This document shows positions 57,943 to 64,000 of a DNA stretch of 64,000 nt, piece by piece; the stretch's first letter is position 1; every line of letters begins with the position of its first letter. Under the pieces are notes generated by a model, which was not told where the DNA came from, did no database searches, and was given only the letters and a program-made list of their open reading frames with translations. The DNA comes from Bugula neritina. Taxonomy: Eukaryota; Animalia; Bryozoa. The translations under genes and the position numbers were made by a program. Location: positions 8,132,698 to 8,196,697 of the forward strand of contig OZ037765.1 of the NCBI GenBank assembly GCA_964035545.1, in the 5' to 3' direction.

Positions 57943-58859
57943 CTAAATGTAAAGCATATTATTATTATCACGAGTCTATCCATATAAGTCAGCTAATAAA
58001 CATCTCACCAAAATCAGCTAATAAATATCAAGTTGACTACGATAAATTTTGCTTACTCCAAATTTACCATCATGCTTTAAACAAACTGTACACATACAAA
58101 AATCTGTACCTTAGTCCCGTTGTGTAACCAAACTCTACCTGCACCTAAACTATGGCTCATGACTACACTACCTGCTTTCTTACCCAGCTATATGCTGGTA
58201 TATGACAGAGTGATGTCATCAAATTATACAACTACACCTGACACTGATCAACTCATTCTAAACAATAAGTCATGTCAACTTCTCCACCATCTATTTAATA
58301 TTATTATCCAGTTGTAACTCAATTTACAAACTTTATCTGACCATAATACTTTTTATATATTGAAGTACTTTTTTCACCACCCGCCATAAATTAAATTATT
58401 ATTTAATACAATTTAGTTTTATGCATGCATAAACTTCACCGCACAGGTGTATCTGTTATTGATATTTCGAAATGACCTCATAACTTATAGTTGTAATTTT
58501 ATGTGTTTAAATACACATATTATATATATATAACTTAATACTTGAAATCTGCATATACAAACACCTTACTTGATACAACTACTTGCGAATACAGTCATAG
58601 ACTATCAAACTAAATCCAATATGATACTTTTCCTTCACAACAATAGCTCAGCTATAAATGTTAGCTAACTTAATCCAGCTGCAAACACATTTTGTAAAGA
58701 AAAGTTGGTGCTGCTAATAGCTGACAAATAACACCATTATAATATTATAAGCACACATGCTCCGTGATAACAAGGCTTAAATTCTGGAGACATTAGTAGC
58801 TAGATGTAAATAGTGAGAATTATAAGTTATTTTTGCAGACATAGAAAAGTGACCTAACC

Positions 58860-60944
58860 AATAGACGATGTAAATTTGGTACATTTAGTACCTTGTACCA
58901 ACTCTAGAATACTCACCACTATAACTTATATAAACTTCTGCAAGTTCAAATGCAAAATGCATACTTTTAGAAAATAGCTGTGCAACTTTTATTACATGCA
59001 TTATTTTATTTCATATCTTAAACTTATGAACCATGAGTTCATTTTTCAAAATGTTTAAATTAAGTGCTCAAAAAATGCAATTAAAATTTTTATTCTTGCA
59101 CAAATACCCTGGTGCAGTTTGACCACAACCCCAGCTGTTTTGACAAACACATTTAATGGTTTTTTTATTGACATAGTGGTGAATGAGCTGGTTGTTTTTG
59201 GCAGTTGGGTAGACTTGAAGCTTGGCAGCTTTTAAACAATTCTGATTGGCAGAATTTTACACGATAAGTTGATGTTTGTATCTGATTGGCCTAATAATGC
59301 ATTTGCATTTGAAAATGTAGAGTTTTATTTAAGCTATAATGGTGATATTTTAGAGTTGGCACACACCCCTTTTGGGTTGAGTTTTATAGTCTGTTCCTGC
59401 TGTAGTCATCTACAACAACAGTGTATAGGGAAATTATTAGTATTACGAAATCTGTTTTGGCTTACTTTGCTATGCCAGTATTCTGACTTAGTTTGTAATC
59501 AACTATGTTGGCAGTTAAAACTGAGGGTGATTTCATCAAAGGTGGACATTGCTGAGGCCTTAGAACATCAAATCAACCAGTGCTGTTACTTGGTTGTATT
59601 GTAAAGCAGTAGTGAGAGCATAGCACACTATCACAGTCACTGAGCTGCAATGACAGTGGCTACACCAAACTCGTCAGTTCTATTATATTATCTTATGTAA
59701 GGCACGTCAAAACAATATAGACCCACATGCAAGGCACTACATGCTAATACTCATTTTTATACAAAATTTCTACATTATCTATTGCTAATAGCTGTGCATT
59801 TAAATCCAATGCAGATGAATATGTGACAGAGTAAAAAGCTACTGTTTTACAAATTTAAAATAAAATAATAGTGCGGGTACACAAGCAAATAATTTATAGT
59901 TAGCGTAGGCTAATGCATTTGTAATGTGCATGTTAAACAACTTTTTTATAATTTATTACATTAGACTATGAGAATGTATTTAGTAGTATGTATTGATTTA
60001 AAACTAAATCATGAAATGATTATCATTATTGCAACCTCTGTGCTTGGTAGACAGGATAGAGAGGGGTGGTGTGACTGCTGTAACTGTGCTACTGCTCTAC
60101 ATACTAACAGAGACAAGGCTAGTGTTTTGACGTGCCTTACATACTGTCATTGCAGCTCAGTGACTGTGATAGTGTGCTATGCTCTCACTACTGCTTTACA
60201 ATACAACCAAGTAACAGCACTGGTTGATTTGATGTTCTAAGGCCTCAGCAATGTCTACCTTTGATGAAATCACCCTCAGTTTTAACTGCCAACATAGTTG
60301 ATTATAACAAAACTAAGTCAGAATACTGGCATAGCAAAGTAAGCCAAAACAGATTTCGTAATACTAATAATTTCCCTATACACTGTTGTTGTAGATGACT
60401 ACAGCAGGAACAGACTATAAAACTCAACCCAAAAGGGGTGTGTGCCAACTCTAAAATATCACCATTATAGCTTAAATAAAACTCTACATTTTCAAATGCA
60501 AATGCATTATTAGGCCAATCAGATACAAACATCAACTTATCGTGTAAAATTCTGCCAATCAGAATTGTTTAAAAGCTGCCAAGCTTCAAGTCTACCCAAC
60601 TGCCAAAAACAACCAGCTCATTCACCACTATGTCAATAAAAAAACCATTAAATGTGTTTGCCAAAACAGCTGGGGTTGTGGTCAAACTGCACCAGGGTAT
60701 TTGTGCAAGAATAAAAATTTTAATTGCATTTTTTGAGCACTTAATTTAAACATTTTGAAAAATGAACTCATGGTTCATAAATTTAAGATATGAAATAAAA
60801 TAATGCATGTAATAAAAGTTGCACAGCTATTTTCTAAAAGTATGCATTTTGCATTTGAACTTGCAGAAGTTTATATAAGTTATAGTGGAGAGTATTCTAG
60901 AGTTGGTACAAGGTACTAAATGTACCAAATTTACATCGTCTATT
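58860..60944. repeat. Large inverted repeat: arms 58860-59714 and 60123-60944, 408-bp spacer
   Basis: Arms are reverse complements apart from about 4 substitutions seen, one small indel and a 37-bp insertion in the left arm; the same ORF appears on both strands in the ORF track. Confidence 0.95.
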
Positions 60945-62289
60945 AGGGTGCATAGCTGTAAAGCTTTAAATGGGCTATACCTGGTTTGAAATTACAATTT
61001 TTAAATGTAGCTGTAACACCAGCAGCCACTGTTTCAAAAGCATCCTTAAATTCCAATAAAGTTGTGATTAGGTACAGACTCCACCCTTCCACAAAACAGC
61101 CGACTGCAACTGTCAAAGTTGCCGGCAGGCAAACTTGGTGCCATGGCTCCCATTATCTATCCCAGTTCAGCTGCATCTAGTTTGGCCATAATTCTCTTCA
61201 GCTAAAATATTTCCCCTTACTTCAACTTATTCTGGAAGATATCGAACTATTAAATATAGAGGGGCATGGGGCAGAGATAGCTTCTTGCGACATCTTGTAA
61301 TTATTTTAAATGCACTTTTATTTTAAATAATCCAACAGAATTTCGATTTTTTTTTTTTTCTCTCATTTCTGTTCATGCCTACTTATATTATAGCCAGTAT
61401 TTACACTGAACTTGTCATGTTGTCATGTCTGTGACATGCAATAAATCAATCACTCAATCAATCAATCTAACTCTTAGATATCTGCATCCTCTTGAGTGAT
61501 AGTAGGAAAATTGGCTATTAGTCTAGAAGTAACCTCCCAAAAAGTGCTCAAAAAATTGGCTTATTACACTTTACTAGGTGGCCACTCAAAAAAAGTTGTT
61601 CCTAGATCAGAATTTTGTGCTGATTCTGAATCTACAAACTCTAGAATTCTATCTTTACCCAAACTCAAGTTATTGCAAAAAACAAATCAACGTTTTAGAT
61701 GGGCGATAAAAAGAAATGTGGATTGTGCAAAATAGTATCCAGTTTTATCAAGCTATCTTGAAGAAAAAATATTTGCTGAAATATCAAAAAATTGCCTCTT
61801 ACTTAAAATTCTATGCTGATGCTGAATTTAAAGACTGCAAGACGCTATATCTCAAAGTGAAACCAAGTTGTTTATATAAACATATATGTTTGTTATGAAT
61901 CGCCATATTGCATGAGGCATAAGCATGCAGAATAATCATGTATGACCAGGTTATTTATACAAAAATAAAAACAAAGTCATGCTGATGTGTAAAAAAAACT
62001 ATATCTATAAAATTATAGTACAAAATAAATGTTGAAATGAATAAATATTGAAATCTTTTGAGCTCAGCCCAAGTGAATCATTTGCTAGTCTGTCGGCAGC
62101 CGTTAAACGTCTGCAAAAATCAACAAGATTCTGTAAAATTATTTAGAGGAACAGAAACATGAGAGATGATCAAAATCAAATTGGTTGCAGCAAAATATAT
62201 AACAAATGTCTAAAAATAGTGCTTTATTATGAAAAAGTATTCTCCCCATCATTGTCACTGCCGTCAGTCTCATCAGCTTCTTCCCCAAT

Positions 62290-63790
62290 ATAGAGCTTCT
62301 TTTCAGACAATCCTTACATTGACAAACATCAGTGCATGCACTGCATTTGAGACTTCTGACATCCACATCTTGATATGTTGCAGCTGGTCTTACAGGAGCA
62401 GTTTAAACTTTGCAATATACATGTTCAGGTGCGGAAGCTTGAATCATCTACTTTATATTTATGCTGCCATGATTCTCAACAATCTTTTTATGATGTTCTG
62501 GGGGTGGTGCATCAATATGGGCTGTTGTCACCCTTCTCCAAATGGCTGCCTGATAATTTGCTCTTTTTACGTGCAAATTTAATTCATCTTTTGTTGGAGG
62601 CAAACTCTATTAAGTTATTTTAGACGGTGAACAAAATACAGTGTATTAGACATCATCTATATTTGAATTTCCTGCTCCATAAAGCTTATAGACAAATTGT
62701 TCTACTTCAGCCGCTGCAATGGCTTACAGCTTAAAATACTTCCCAAGGTTTTCAAAGCTTCCCATATATTATAGATATTTTTTCAAAAGAGAGTAGGCTG
62801 TGCGCTATCCTTTTCCATAAAAAGCACTATAGTCGAACCACAACCTGTTGAAGTGTGAAATCTAGTAGGCCTAAGTGCTGCACGCAACTGCGGTCTGGAT
62901 TTATTGGCTGCAATGTTGACATCCAAATACCTAATACGATTATGGTTTCCTCTCAGCGAGATGCTGTTTTTATTTTGTTACTATATATATTAATATTACC
63001 TATATAACTGATGAATTGATTGCTAAATAGCTCATATGCTAATAGCTATAGTAGCTAACATGAATTATCTAGAATAATATTCTATTATTTTTACGAATTT
63101 GTGTGGGACAAAAAGTAGTAATACATTATTAATTATAGACACTATCTTTAATGGATACTTATTACCAAAATATCTTTTCAAACAACAGGCAAGATGTATA
63201 AAATATACAAAATTAATAAGTTATTGCAAATCAAAGGAATTTATTTATGTGCTAAATAACAAGCAATTGATCCAAGTTTATTTAAATATACATATATTTC
63301 AATAATATTAAAATAAGTTGCACATGAAAATACATTTTATCAAAATAAATAACTATCGTCTAAGTAAAAAATTTAGCCTAGCCTCTATCTGGCATGACAC
63401 CATGATTACCACACCCGTGAAAAAATATAATTGGTAAGAAGGTAATGTTTTGCAAATAGCGAGACTTAGGATGAAAACATCAGTGTCTTGAGATTTGATT
63501 ATTACACGTGAGATTATGATGTTCATAAGATATTTTGCATGTAACAAAGTTTGGTATCTGCTTCCTCGTGATCTAATTGTAAGCATCTGAGTTCTGCTTT
63601 TTTAGGAATTCCACCATGTTTGAAAAATTGTAGCTGAACACAATTTTTTTGGTATGCATCAACTATAATAACAATATTGTTCTCTAAAATATTTTTACTC
63701 CATGTTTCACACAAAAATGCACCAGTCTCAAACTCAGCTTGTTTTATTCGCTGATAAGAAATTATTATTTTTGTGACAAATGGCACACAT
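62290..63790 (-). mobile_element. Decayed Academ-like DNA transposon ORF (XPG/FEN-like nuclease + Cys-rich C terminus)
   Basis: Frameshifted, stop-containing motifs in the expected order: HEEADT, SQDTDVFIL, LYFFTG, RYLDV, FHTSTGC..SAFYGKG, FVYKLYG, LPPTKDELNLHVKRANYQAAIW, CSCKTSC..RCGC..CTDVCQCKDC. Interrupted by an AT-rich insert at about 62950-63400. The superfamily assignment is from recall. Confidence 0.7.
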
Positions 63791-64000
63791 AAAAAAAGTA
63801 CATGCCTATGATCTTTGAATGAGGCAGCCCAAGATCATTTTTCTAATGGGTGGCCTAAATATAACCATATATATTATTTCAAATTATAGGGAAGCTTTAG
63901 GGTATTTCTTTTGTAAATATAACTGAGATTAATTGACTCTATACTATGCATATTTTTATACTATCAAGATAGTACAAAAATATTCATTTTAACCAATAGC

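Noticed and set aside
59269-60535. Duplicated 111-aa and 77-aa ORFs in the inverted repeat arms
   Set aside because: Non-ATG starts, no recognisable domain, and frames diverge at an indel; a by-product of the repeat.

Overview
AT-rich, intron-rich metazoan (invertebrate) genomic DNA; a lophotrochozoan-like origin is an inference only. I assembled eight protein-coding genes by hand from splice sites and reading-frame continuity: LETM1 (+), ZRANB1/TRABID (-), NDUFA5 (+), a voltage-gated Ca channel alpha2/delta subunit CACNA2D (-, 32 coding exons), HAUS1 (-, intronless), GTF2H5/TFB5 (-, absent from the ORF track), a plant/DWF5-type DHCR7 (+) and the 3' part of FAF2/UBXD8 (-). The repeats are tandem arrays, two MITE copies, a tRNA-derived SINE-like element, an ~820-bp near-perfect inverted repeat and a decayed Academ-like transposon. 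Most notable: (1) GTF2H5 and HAUS1 appear to form a bicistronic unit, with 35 nt between the ORFs and no poly(A) signal; (2) CACNA2D has a U12-type AT-AC intron plus a candidate alternative last exon that would bypass it and replace the membrane anchor; (3) the sterol delta-7 reductase is plant-like rather than vertebrate-like and has a candidate SRE/CCAAT promoter; (4) both divergent promoters share an AGATAACTC motif and are flanked by degenerate TAT/TAG/TAC repeats; (5) about 20 tandem copies of a splice acceptor precede the catalytic exon of ZRANB1. All homology calls come from recalled motifs; no searches were run.
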